Assembly: GCF_002113885.1 (NCBI RefSeq)
Contig: NW_018408645.1
Location: forward strand, 752,107 to 816,106
From: Mizuhopecten yessoensis
Lineage: Eukaryota
Direction of reading: 5' to 3'
Length of the DNA: 64,000 nt
Both the position numbers and the translations under genes were made by a program. The first letter of the stretch is position 1, and every line of letters starts with the position of its first letter. The notes beneath the pieces were generated by a model that searched no databases, was not told the DNA's origin, and was given only the letters and a program-made list of their open reading frames with translations. Shown one piece after another: positions 1 to 23,537 of this stretch.

Positions 1-396
1 AGAAGAAGTTGTTTAAAGTTTTTAACATATTTGACCCCTGTGACCTTGAATATGGGTGAAGGTCATTCATTTGAACAAACTTTGTAGCCCTTCATCTTAG
101 CATGCTACTGGCCCAATATCATCACCCTGTGCATTTTGGTTATTGAGAAGAAGTTGTTTAAAGTTTTTAACATATTTGACCCCTGTGACCTTGAAAATAC
201 ATGAAGGTCATTTATTTGAACAAACTTGGTAGCCCTTCATCCCAGTTTACTTCTGGCCAAATATCATCACCCTAGGCCTTTCGGTTATTAAGAAGAAGTC
301 GTTTAAAGTAAAATATTGACGACGGACGCCGGACGGACGACGGACGCCGCACCACGGCATAAGCTCACTTGGCACTTCGTGCCAGGTGAGCTAAAA
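1..396. mobile_element. End of a non-autonomous Helentron/HINE-like element with ~145-bp internal tandem repeats (truncated by window start)
   Basis: Two ~145-bp repeats (1-146, 146-~290), then a (GACG)n-like microsatellite at 318-348 and a terminal hairpin AGCTCACTTGGCAC-TTC-GTGCCAGGTGAGCT (362-392) followed by AAAA. Same architecture as the element at 44768-45946, in the opposite orientation. Confidence 0.7.
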
Positions 397-1094
397 ATGG
401 ATAAATAAAATCTATCAATTTATTTATAGCAGCAAATGTTTGTAGCTAATGCGTTTTCGTACTTACGGAATTTTTTAATTCAATTATTTAGCAATATAGA
501 ACACAAAAATAACACCAAATAAGAGTTATTTCTTCACCATTTTCATTTAATACATTAATTTATCAGGTTAAAAAGATTTTGTTCTATAATCACATTTATT
601 TGGTTTACTGAAGCAATTTGTTGTATTAACATGTCAGGTCCCTCCCTTGTTAAACACATCACATCTGTGAGTGGAGGAATAAGCATTGTACTCAATGAAG
701 TTCTCAAAATTTTTACTTGAATTATTAATTCTCATGCAAGTTCTCACCATTTCATTCAAGTTCTCATCTGAAGAAACCACATTTAACACTGTCATGTCCA
801 ACATGGAACACATTGTATACAGGAGCCAGCTACTGTGAACCTTTACCAGGTTTATCCTGGGTCTTGGATAAAACATGTAGCACCATTAATCACTATTAGA
901 TCCACAGTTCCTTATCCACATCCAAGGCGTTTTTTTCACATTCGCAGGGTGGATTTAAAATTGCCAATAGACAACAGTTTTTATCTCTATTCAGTTGTCA
1001 TCAATCACTATTTGAGATAACATCTTTCAAGACAGCATGCACACCTTACTTTTCTTTAAAATAATGTAAAAATAAATTACATTTTTTCAGCACA

Positions 1095-13243
<12,149 letters not shown>

Positions 13244-13514
13244 CTGTAATAAATCACAAACTTGGCTAAATACAAAAATAATTCCATTTTACAAACATAA
13301 TCATAGAAATCATACAGTGCCTAGGTCAACAGTTTGCTTCAGGTTTTTTATACTTTGTCCAGTGAAGGGTTTTTTTCACACCATGTATAGTAAAAGTTGT
13401 TCTTTAGTCTTTGTACAGTGAAACTTGTAATTTCATACTTTATATAGTAAAAGTGTATTTTATACTTTGTACACTACAGTAAAATCAAAGGTGTTACAGA
13501 CATCATGCACTTAC

Positions 13515-13640
13515 AATTCCATTAACCAAAATTAATTTTCACTGTTTTTATTTACATTTGTTATTAAGAGTAAGTTTTAAGACGCATCTTGGCGCCCAAC
13601 ATCCTACCATCTTCATTACTTCTTCGCCAGTTCAATCTTT
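13515..13640 (-). promoter_or_regulatory. Candidate TGS1 first (non-coding) exon / TSS region
   Basis: The TGS1 ATG directly follows an acceptor AG (13244-13245), implying an upstream exon. Minus-strand GTAAGT donor at 13514; local CpGs and AAGATGG/AAGATGC (YY1-like) motifs. Confidence 0.4.
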
Positions 13641-13869
13641 TCTTTTCTCTAATCTGTTTCAAGTCATGTAAACAGTAAATGCACCTTGAGGTAAGTTTGT
13701 TCTAAACTTTATACTGCTGTGTTTAAAAGACAACCTTGAAATAAGTTAATTGTTTCACATATTTACTAGTACAGTACTTAATGTGAAAATAAATAAATGT
13801 AGAACAATCATTGCAATATGACAAAGATCTGTTAATTACTTCCTGGGAAATAGTGATAATATTCATAAA

Positions 13870-14400
13870 AAGACAAAATCCAAGATGACACCCTGCAGAC
13901 ATCTTGTTTTTATGATCACTCTCAAATTAAACATGCACAATTAAGAACTAAGATGAATATTAATATGAAAATTGAGAAAAATCTGTCCAGTTCTATTTGA
14001 GAAATAGCAATAGCAAACCTATACTGTCAAAATCCAAGATGGCAGTCTGTCGGCCATTTTGTTGTCCGATTAGTCTCAAATGTACTCATGCACAACTACA
14101 TACCAATGGTTACCTACATATCAAATTTAAGAAAGTTCCCTCCAGTACTTCCTGAGAAATAGCGATAACAATCCTTTACTATTAAAATCAAAGATGGCCA
14201 TCTGTCGGACATTTTATAAACATTGTATCAGATCAGTCTCAGAAATAAACAATTATGTAAATTTAGAAAGATCCCTCGAGTACTTTCTCAAAAATAGAGA
14301 TATCAATCCTTAACTGTCAAAACCCAAGATGGCTGCCTGTTCGCCATTTTGTTTATCTGATCAGTCTCAAAAAGAAACAGGCAAAACTAGTGACCTAGCC
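13870..14400. repeat. Degenerate ~150-bp tandem repeat (AAAATCCAAGATGGC family), probably transposon-internal
   Basis: Motif recurs at ~13876, 14029, 14184 and 14319. Confidence 0.7.
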
Positions 14401-15164
14401 TGGGTACCTACAGTATTATGACAGCACAATCTATGTTGTGTTTCAATTGGCCTTCCACATTTATTTCTGTAAAGACCAAATTACAGGGTTGCTTATTCCC
14501 AGTAGAAGCACACTACTCTCTTTCCTGTTACAAGTGGTGTATGTGGTCCCCTCCCTGTAATGATGGGTAGTAAAAAACTGTGTTGTTTGGGTTGTTGTTG
14601 TGTTTGAGAACCAAAAAATTTAAAGAAAGGGTATAGCAGTCTTCTCTTTTTATGGGTTACGGGCACCATTAGTCTTGGTGATTATGCCAATATGCATATT
14701 TTTGGTGCAGTGTTCTCCCCATGCTGTTTTTGCAGCATGGCACCATGCTCCTGTAATTTCTTGCCATGCCGATATCCTAGATCTTCTCTGCCATAAATTC
14801 ATAATAAATCTAAAGTTACCATGCTGCTTTGATTTTACATAGCGTGCTGCTGTAACAGAAATATTGAAATACCATGCTTCTTTCAAAACATTCTGGGGAG
14901 AAAACTGTTTTGTGGACTGCATTGCATGAAAGAAATGTACAATGATCATTTTTTTATTACTTTTATAGTAGTAGTTAAGATGAAAGGGGGTAAAAACTGT
15001 AGATGTGTTTATAATGCAGAAGTGAGGACTCCAAGGACTGTGTAGGGGACAGCGGCCTTAAAGTCTGTTAACATTGTGCATTTTAGAATGTACTGCTGCA
15101 CCTGTCAGACGTTGCATTGCGTGATGAGGTCTGGAAAAATGAGTATTTATTTGTGTCTTTGGAA

Positions 15165-15269
15165 GCAGAAATGTGTCTCTAGGTGTAGGGGCAGAAATGT
15201 GTCTCTAGGTGTAGGAGCAGAAATGTGTCTCTAGGTGTAGGAGCAGAAATGTGTCTCTAGGTGTAGGGG
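15165..15269. repeat. Short minisatellite (~26 bp, ~4 copies)
   Basis: GCAGAAATGTGTCTCTAGGTGTAGG(A/G) repeated. Confidence 0.85.
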
Positions 15270-15299
15270 TGAGCATGTCATATTCTTGGGTCTGTTAGT

Positions 15300-15965
15300 A
15301 TGAGGATGGTCTTTTACAACACGGTAGTGTATAATTTTGTAGAATGTTACAAGTTTGGTTTGTAGTCTGTTTGTTTTAGTGAGGTTCAGCCTAGAGAATC
15401 CATCATGTCGGACTTAGGTTGTACTTGTCTATGGTATTTGATATGTACGTATCTTGCTGTTCTGCATTTGCTTTTCTCAACATGTATCTGGTGTGTGGAT
15501 ACCATATTTATATGTTGTGAGTGTATTTTGTGGTTGTGTTTTAGGAATCCTTGTGATTTGTTTGAGTTGGCGGTGATGTTGTTGATGCGAGTGTCCACAT
15601 TAAAATTGCTCTGTAGTGTTAATCTGAAGTATTTACAGGAGACTTCTTTTTGTGGTCAAGTTTGTAATTGCTTTTTATTTTGGTGTGGTTGTTTGATGAT
15701 GTTACACTTGTCAGGATGAAAGTGCATGATCCAGTCTTCCTCTCATTTTCCTGCTGCATGTCCTGGTGTTATTTGATTGTGTCTTCTGTTTTTTGTTGTT
15801 TAGTATGTTCAGACTTAGATCTAATATAATCCATGGTAAGTTATAGTTTTATCTGCGAAGATTCTAAGGCTGTTGTGTTTGATGTATTATGATAGCTATA
15901 TATATAGGTCACTGATTTATATGAGGGATATGATGAGGCCTAAACAAGAACCTTGAGGTACAGTG
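15300..15965 (-). mobile_element. Decayed LINE (CR1/L2-like) reverse transcriptase remnant
   Basis: Broken minus-strand frames encode VPQGSCLGL (~15960-15934), RIFADKT (~15865-15845), DWIMHFHPDKCNI (~15735-15697) and DTRINNITANSNKSQGFL, in the canonical RT order. Confidence 0.8.
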
Positions 15966-17610
15966 GCTGCTGTCCAGGATCACTAGTTAGCCAGATACAG
16001 CTACTGTATCTGTCCAAATGTCTAAGTCTGGTGTCTAGAGGAAACTCGGCCTTGATCACTAGTGTGACTGGTTTTAATTGTACCACCAACTTATTTCGTG
16101 ATTGTACATAGGATTAAGGTCCCCTTCTAGCTTCGCACCAGAGGAAATTTTATTTTAGTTCAATCGGAAAAGCTGACTTGGAGACTGGGATCACTCCTTC
16201 GATCCCCGATGGCAGCGCTATTCATGTTCAATATACAAACCAGGGCCGTTTTCGTTAAAACGGTCAAATCGGTCAGACCTCAGTTGTCCGTTTATTAAAT
16301 AAGGTCGGACCTAATAATCTGATGCTGTTTTCAGGTGAGCTTTGACAAAGCTTTGAAAGGCGCCGGCCGGCCTGCATAAACATTTTCATAAAAAAGGTCC
16401 GCCAGGATTTATACTCGAAATTGTTACATTTATAAACGGTCAAACAGGTTGTTCCACATAAACGAACACTGCGGAACAGCCCCAAACTAATCCTATGATA
16501 TACAATTCTAAATTGATAACTGTCAAAGGAAAGAAAAAAGACATGCTCTTTAGGCTTTTCCTTTTCACATTATCAATAGTATTGATCGTTACCTCAAAAG
16601 TATCAATGATTTCTGGGGACATAAGACTTTGTTCCACATGTAAACACACATGTGCGAGCCGACGAATGAAAACGATTTTAGCATTGTTTACCTTCGTAAC
16701 AAAAGAGTTCCAAATCTGGGAGAAATCCGTTATTGGATTGAGAGGCACCGGTGGGTTATTGGAGACTATTTAAAACAGGGAAATTATGCAAATTAAAATT
16801 TCATCAAATAATATGTATATTTTTCATGGAAGATAAACTTAATTCGACACTTGCATCTAGTCCCATTTTTTATGGAATTTGATGATCTAATAACATATAA
16901 GTATGATATTTGTTTATATGACTTGTGTACTTGGCCGTGCCTATAACTACTGCTGATATTGAGGAGTCAGAAAAAAATACATAACCTTTAACAGAGGCAT
17001 ATATATAGTATTGGCTTTACATATCTCTGCCTATAGCAAGTAATAATGTATCATAATTTAATTAGCATTTTAAATCACAGGCCTAGCTGTAATGTATGTT
17101 AATCTACAACAAGTAACATGAATCAAGATTTAGGGCTACATTGTATATCTATAACAAGAAAATTATATCATCATGATAAAGCACTATAACTAACAAGTAA
17201 CATAATGATGAATCACTATAACTAACAAGTGACATCTGTCTACATAAGCCCCTGTCTGTTGCAAAGATGTTCAACCCTGATAACAAAAAAATAATAAGTA
17301 ACATGCAACATGATTTAGCAATTAAACTATCTATAAAACAAGATGCAAGTACCAGGTTATCTTTTTTCAATCGATAACTATATCTGTAACAATTAAGCAC
17401 ATGATTTAAATAGCACTATAATTATCCATAACAAGAAATGTATATTAAGATTTACACTTACGTATCTAAAAACTGTCACCTGATCAGCAGTATATAATAA
17501 TTATTTTCCTTCAACAATCAAATGTACTGAATCTATGTAAAGAAAACGACGATATTTAAACTTTTTTAGCAATAGTTTATTCTTAAAAACTCAACACAAG
17601 AAAACATTCA

Positions 17611-20600
17611 TCAGCTAGCTTCATTGCGCATTATAACGGATATCCGTCTTTCCTTGGGGACAGGGCGGCCATTAAAAACAGACTTCTCATTGGACAGTAC
17701 TTCATGTGTGTAGTTATATCTTGCAGTATCTCTGGAAAAAAACCAATAATTTCATGTACTGTTGTGTAGAATTTGCATTGTAAAACAGAAAGAAACAAAC
17801 CCAATATTGTAATTCAGTCCTCAAATACAGCCTACTCAATAATACACACTACCAAGTTACCTCCCTTTACTTTATCTTGCTTTGGATAACATTTTGAACA
17901 TATTCTCTGTTGTTAGATACGTCTACAAAGAATCAATTTAGCTGGCAATTTTAAAGTGTATTAGCATCAAAACCTACACCATGCTATACCAGACATATTA
18001 TGAAATATTATTGATAAAAGGATGGTAGACTACAAATACTTAAAGTTAAGTGATTTAAAATATCTTCAGAATTAGTTTGGAACCATTAAATATGACTGCA
18101 TTTAAAAAAAAGTGAAACTGATATAAAATGTTGTTCTATTTGTTCAACTTATTTGATTACTGAAAAAGGTAAACAGCATGATTGTTGTTGGTATTTACTG
18201 ACTGTACAAATTGAGGCAAGGTAAACATTAAGAACCGACGTTGTATGTCATGTATTAGACAAAGGAAGCATGTGCCACTGATTAGCTTTTTGATATAGGA
18301 TTTTTAGGCATTTCAAAACATAATGAGACTGCTTCATAATATTGTATGGTTTTTACTTCCTATGAAATATATCAGTTTTTAATGTATTACAACAAAGAAA
18401 TGCTTGTAAATAATACTTAATACATTTAATACCAAAACAATCAGTAATTCAGAACCATCCTTCAATAAATAACACAATAAAACCAATAGGTAGGATTATG
18501 GTAAAGGAAAATAGTTAAAATTAGTACTTTCTTATTTACACATGATGCCAGTGCTTGGATATTTCAATTTAGTTGTTGTTAATTAACTAAAGGGAAGTAA
18601 CTTATTAAGTACATGTAGTCTTTAAGTAACAGTTTATATAAATATACATATCATACCAGTCCTTGGACACTTCAGTTTAGTTAGAAGGCTGTTAATTAAC
18701 ACAGAGGCTCCATTATTTATGTGTAGCAGAACTAGACTGTGTCGTCCACCAGTGACAAGGTAGCTTATTTGGTAGAGTTTGGAGGGTCCCAGGTTTGAAT
18801 CCTGGTCTGGCCATGCATTTTTCCTTTCCTGTTACATATGTAATTATTTCTAGGGATGTAATAGCCCCCTCTCTCCTGTTACATATGTAATTATTTCTAG
18901 GGATGTAATAGCTCCCTCTCTCCTGTTACATATGTAATTATTTCTAGGGATGTAATAGCCCCCTCTCTCCTGTTACATATGTAATTATTTCTAGGGCTGT
19001 AATAGCTCCCTCTCTTCTGTTACATATGTAATTATTTCAAGGGCTGTAATAGCTCCCTCTCTCCTGTTTCATATGTAATTATTTCTAGGGCTGTAATAGC
19101 TCCCTTTCTCCTGTTACATATGTAAGTTTTTCTAGGGCTGTAATAGCTCCCTTTCTCCTGTTACATATGTAAGTTTTTCTAGGGCTGTAATAGCTCCCTC
19201 CCTCCTGTTACATATGTAAGTATGTCTAGGGCTGTAATAGCTCCCTTTCTCCTGTTACATATGTAAGTTTTTCTAGGGCTGTAATAGCTCCCTTTCTCCT
19301 GTTACATATGTAAGTTTTTCTAGGGCTGTAATAGCTCCCTCTCTTCTGTTACATATGTAATTATTTCAAGGGCTGTAATAGCTCCCTCTCTCCTGTTTCA
19401 TATGTAATTATTTCTAGGGCTGTAATAGCTCCCTCCCTCCTGTTACATATGTAAGTATTTCTAGGGCTGTAATAGCTCCCTAAGTCCTAAAAGGACCAAA
19501 TAATTCATTTAGTTGTAATACTGGCATTGCTATTTCTCCATCAGAACATTTGCAGTACTACAATACTACACCGTGTATGTGTATTGGTGTTATTGTCTTA
19601 CTTCATAATGTAGAGGGATCGTCTTTCAAGTAGAACATCGGCCCAACGCTGTTTGTCTTTATCATGTACAAGTCGCATCACACAGGGTGAAAGCAGACAC
19701 AGTCCTGCTATTGTACTGCCACAGAACTGTAAAATAACCATGATAAAAACTTGATATTTCCTTTTTTCCTATAAGTTATTTTAACAGTAGGAAGGTAGAC
19801 AACTCCTAAATAAATATTCATAACAAGAGGCCCAGAAGGACTTGTATTGCTCACCTGTTTTTTTTTTTACAGGGACATGGCAGGTTTTTAAGTTTAAACC
19901 CATCCAACTGCCATCCTATCTTAATAATTCCAATGCAAAAATAAACCCAATATACCCAAAAGTACAACTTATAAAACACACAGTAGTAAAGCTTTAGGCT
20001 CTCCACAGGGAGAAGAGGATGACCTTGGGGTCATGAAATTCACAAAAACATTTTTGTTCTTGTTTATTCAACATTCTCAAGAATTTTCAACATAAAGTAC
20101 ATCAAAAAAACATCACGTTCACATCCACATGATTTAAATATTAGAGATAAATGATTAGAGCTTTCCTAATAGAAACAGAAATAAGGAATCTGTGAAGTAA
20201 ATTTAAAACATACACATAATTACACAGACCAGAAATTAACTAAGATAATAGAAGGAATTATACCCTAACAGCATCTATGTGAGGTTTTATGTGCCCGTCT
20301 TTGTTCAGATCCAGGATGTGGACATGTGCCAAGGGCTGTACACCAGAGGGAAAGGCCAAGTCCCCTACTCTCTTCAAAACAGCATCATTGCTCTTAGTCC
20401 ATTTTCTCCTCTCTGTTTCTCTATACCCATGGATAGCCTGTAAAGTTTCAAAGATAATGTGTAAACTGATTGTTATACATGTTCAGAATTACAATTCTTA
20501 AATTCCTTTACTTTACCATGTTTTTGAAGTTGTATGTTGTTTTACTGCTATTAGTCTAAATGTATTCAATCAATAAGGAAGAATATATTCAATTAACTTA

Positions 20601-21989
20601 TATCAATCTTTGCATGATTTTTAATAAGGAACAATCATATAATCACCACTATCCTTATTTGTTAAATGGAGAAATTTTCCACCACTGACCTTTTCTTTTA
20701 ATTTGTTTGGTCATTGTGTAGTTTGCTTATACAACATGTAGTATGAAATATATTGGGTTTTTTGCCTCATTAGTATAAAACATTTAATAAAGATTGTAAT
20801 TTAAGAAAAGGTATAATTATTAATTCCCGTAGGAACTCTATGTAAATCAGAGATTTATAACGATAGAGTTTCTATCATTATAAATCTCTGATTTAGATAG
20901 AGTTCCTACAGGAATTACTAATTATACCTTTTCTTACGTTACAATCTTTATTAAATGTTCAGGAATTAGAATAATTATATAATAAATTTATTCTGCCATG
21001 ATTGTAGGTTTTCCTTATTCTGATCTCTACAGTGGTGTTTGTTTATATGCATTGATAAATGGAATCTACAGTTTTGAGTCTTATTCCTTGTCATCTTTTC
21101 ATACATGCAACACAACACTTACAGTAGAACAACAGGGATTTGATTTTTGCCAACTTACACATATTTTACATCTTAGACACTTCAATCACTGGTCCTTTGT
21201 CTGATATAGGTATGAATCATTGAAACATCATGCATAACACTTTCTGGTTTTGCCTTTAGAACTTCTGCATACATACATGTACATTTGTTTGTATTCTATG
21301 CAATCCATATACTTACTGATCTGAAGAAAATGTTTAATAATACCTATAGTACAGCTCTAGCCATCCACAGCGCCATGTTACAATCACACATATGCTATAC
21401 TGATATGGGTCACAACACACATAAACATAAATTATGTTTAATTGTTTGTGTGTTGTGACCCATATCAGTACAACACATGTGTGATTGTAACGTTGCCCTG
21501 TGAGCCATCCGTGTGTTATGTTTGTGAATTAATTTGTTCATTCTCCGTAATACTTACGCCATCCCAATGATCATATTCATATCGAAGTCGTTTCATGTAT
21601 GGCTCAATTTCGTTAAATAACTGTTCTTCTTCTTCTGGCGATATGAAGTTTTGGTACACAAGCATGACTGGCCCAAGTTCGTTTGCAGTTTGTGAATCGC
21701 TTGTAGTCATGAACGAATTTATGTCACCAAGAATATCTTTGTTCAAAATACTCTCACTAGCGGTACAGTAATTATTGCTGTTATTTACCAACAGTGAATT
21801 AGACATGGCATGTGAACTAGTCAAGGCCAAACAAGAACATGAGTGTTGACGGGATCCAAGAATGTCCCTCGATGACAGGCATTTTATTGGAAGCCCATTT
21901 TCTGATGATAGAGACATGCACATTGTTTTTAGTCGCGTTATCTTTAACTTTCGTAAAGACATCATAAATGCAGATGATCGACACCACAT
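17611..21989 (-). CDS. ALKBH7: Alpha-ketoglutarate-dependent dioxygenase AlkB homolog 7, mitochondrial, ~283 aa, 4 exons
   Basis: Exons 21989-21558, 20437-20264, 19726-19602, 17731-17611. Motifs [79 protein letters not shown]; basic presequence-like N-terminus. The start codon is less certain. Confidence 0.95.
18722..18836 (+). mobile_element. Solo LTR of the tRNA-LTR TRIM family with perfect 4-bp TSD
   Basis: TGTAGCAGAACTAGACTG...TAGCTTATTTGGTAGAG...GGTTTGAATCCTGGTCTGGCCATGCATTTTTCCTTTCCTGTTACA, flanked by TATG at 18718-18721 and 18837-18840. Confidence 0.85.
18828..19481. repeat. 47-bp minisatellite (~14 copies) seeded at the solo-LTR 3' junction
   Basis: Unit CCTGTTACATATGTAATTATTTCTAGGGCTGTAATAGCTCCCTCTCT. 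Confidence 0.95.
20779..20959. repeat. 181-bp near-perfect palindrome (foldback/MITE-like) in ALKBH7 intron 1
   Basis: AACATTTAATAAAGATTGTAA...TTACAATCTTTATTAAATGTT; arms ~88 bp with few mismatches; no clear TSD. Confidence 0.85.
21366..21502. mobile_element. 137-bp palindromic MITE with CACAG termini and 7-bp TSD (P-superfamily-like)
   Basis: CACAGCGCCATGTTACAATCACACAT.../...ATGTGTGATTGTAACGTTGCCCTGTG; direct repeat AGCCATC at 21359-21365 and 21503-21509. Confidence 0.85.
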
Positions 21990-22069
21990 ACTTATATTAG
22001 CTCCCTAAGTCTTCTTTCGTTTTGACCATTGAAATCTTGCTGAGCTAAGTGTTTGAATTGCTTACCCTG

Positions 22070-22230
22070 AAAACAAACTTTCAATTGATTCCGACTGCAG
22101 CATTTAAAAACCGGAAACGGAAACGCTGAATGCCTGCGCATTGTTTCCAACAGCAACCACATTCAACAACTTCAACAGGTATCGATGATACCTTGATTAT
22201 CTTGAAAAAACCGGCAACTAAGGCAAGTAT
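22070..22230. promoter_or_regulatory. Bidirectional promoter between ALKBH7 and CFAP57 with ETS-like, NRF1-like and RFX X-box-like motifs
   Basis: CCGGAAACGGAAAC at 22111-22124, TGCCTGCGCA at 22131-22140, GTTTCC-AAC-AGCAAC at 22143-22157. Plus-strand donor CAG|GTATCG at 22178 could pair with the acceptor at 23515. Confidence 0.6.
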
Positions 22231-23308
22231 ATGTGCATGTTAGTAACTAAACACAATTATAATAATTTCATTCCTTTGTTTGACTTCACTTGAATGCATA
22301 AATTATCGATAATTGCGATAAAAGAAGAACGCAAACAGTGAAATTTCATATGAAAATGGCAAGTTCCTTGATCTGTTTGGTGACAACGTAACGTCAAATT
22401 GTGTTTACGTTGATAAATTATAGATTATCATACATACTCTATATATTCACGGGTCTTTACAGCAATGTCAGCAATTTTAAAATCTCTTAATTATTGGGAT
22501 ACATATCATATCCTGCTCATTTGATAATTACACCAATGAACATAATTGAAAAATGACACTGACAGCTGCATATGTTTTGGAAAATACAATTTCGGATACC
22601 ATAAGATCATTATGGCATCCATAATTCACTATTCCGATGGAGCTTATTTCATAGTTAAGATTGGTTCATTTCAGTTTATTTGCCAAATAAAACCACTGGC
22701 CTGGCATGTTACATTTTCCTATACTGTTACAAATTGGTGCCTATGAGCAACTCTCGTTTGTTACAATGCAAGTCCATCACATGATTTTGTGCACATCTTA
22801 TTTTTACCTTTAATTTCAAAAGGCTCCAGTGCAGACTACTCAAAGTATGTAATGTAGTATCTGCTTCCCCAACCAAACACATTTAATATAAAGAGACAGA
22901 AGTGCTCTGCCAGAATAAAGATAATACATGGAAGTCCATTTTGGTTTGTTAAAGACTGTTGACAGTACATGAACTTCTAAATATTGACATTTATTCACTT
23001 TTTTGCTTTAGAAATTGATTGCAGATCTGACGAGAGACTTTTCATTTTGTTTGCAAAGATGAATCATTGTAGGGATAACACACAGAGTCTGTTGACCCAA
23101 ACTGTTACAGCGCAAAATAATGTAACATATTTACTACAAAAACACAGACCCATTATTTTTCATTTCACTAGTACAAATTGGCTATCCAGTGGGTATGAGG
23201 TTTGTTTACGAGCAGAGACCCAGTCTATAGATGTGCAAAAACCATGCTGTCTTTGATGTCCAAATCTGTGTAATGGTTGTAGTTGTACAGTAAGTCATTG
23301 TTGTGGCT

Positions 23309-23450
23309 GAGGGGAAAGGGGGTGTATTATATACTGGGTTGAATTCTATATTGATCAGATAGCTCAGTTGATTTTTAGAATCCATCTACTGCTGGAAGGT
23401 TCCAGATTCAAATTTCTTGCACCTGCTCAAATCAGGAAATACACTTTCTT
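23309..23450 (+). mobile_element. Highly degenerate PPT plus tRNA-LTR remnant
   Basis: Purine tract GAGGGGAAAGGGGG, then TGTA, ACTGGGT, CAGATAGCTCAGTTG and GATTCAAAT, in the same order as LTR2 at 3492. Confidence 0.45.
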
Positions 23451-23537
23451 TTTGCCGAACACTATTGTTTATTAGAATTGAATTAAAAATGTTTTTTTTT
23501 TATTCATACTTTCAGGTTGTGAGGGACAAAAACTAAG

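Noticed and set aside
14515-14545. TTCCTGTTACA followed by AGTGGTG, resembling an LTR end plus PBS
   Set aside because: Too short; no recognisable tRNA-like body upstream.
16113-16775. CpG-rich segment with short ORFs between two TTAA sites (possible Kolobok/piggyBac MITE or small gene)
   Set aside because: No convincing terminal inverted repeats and no recognisable protein.
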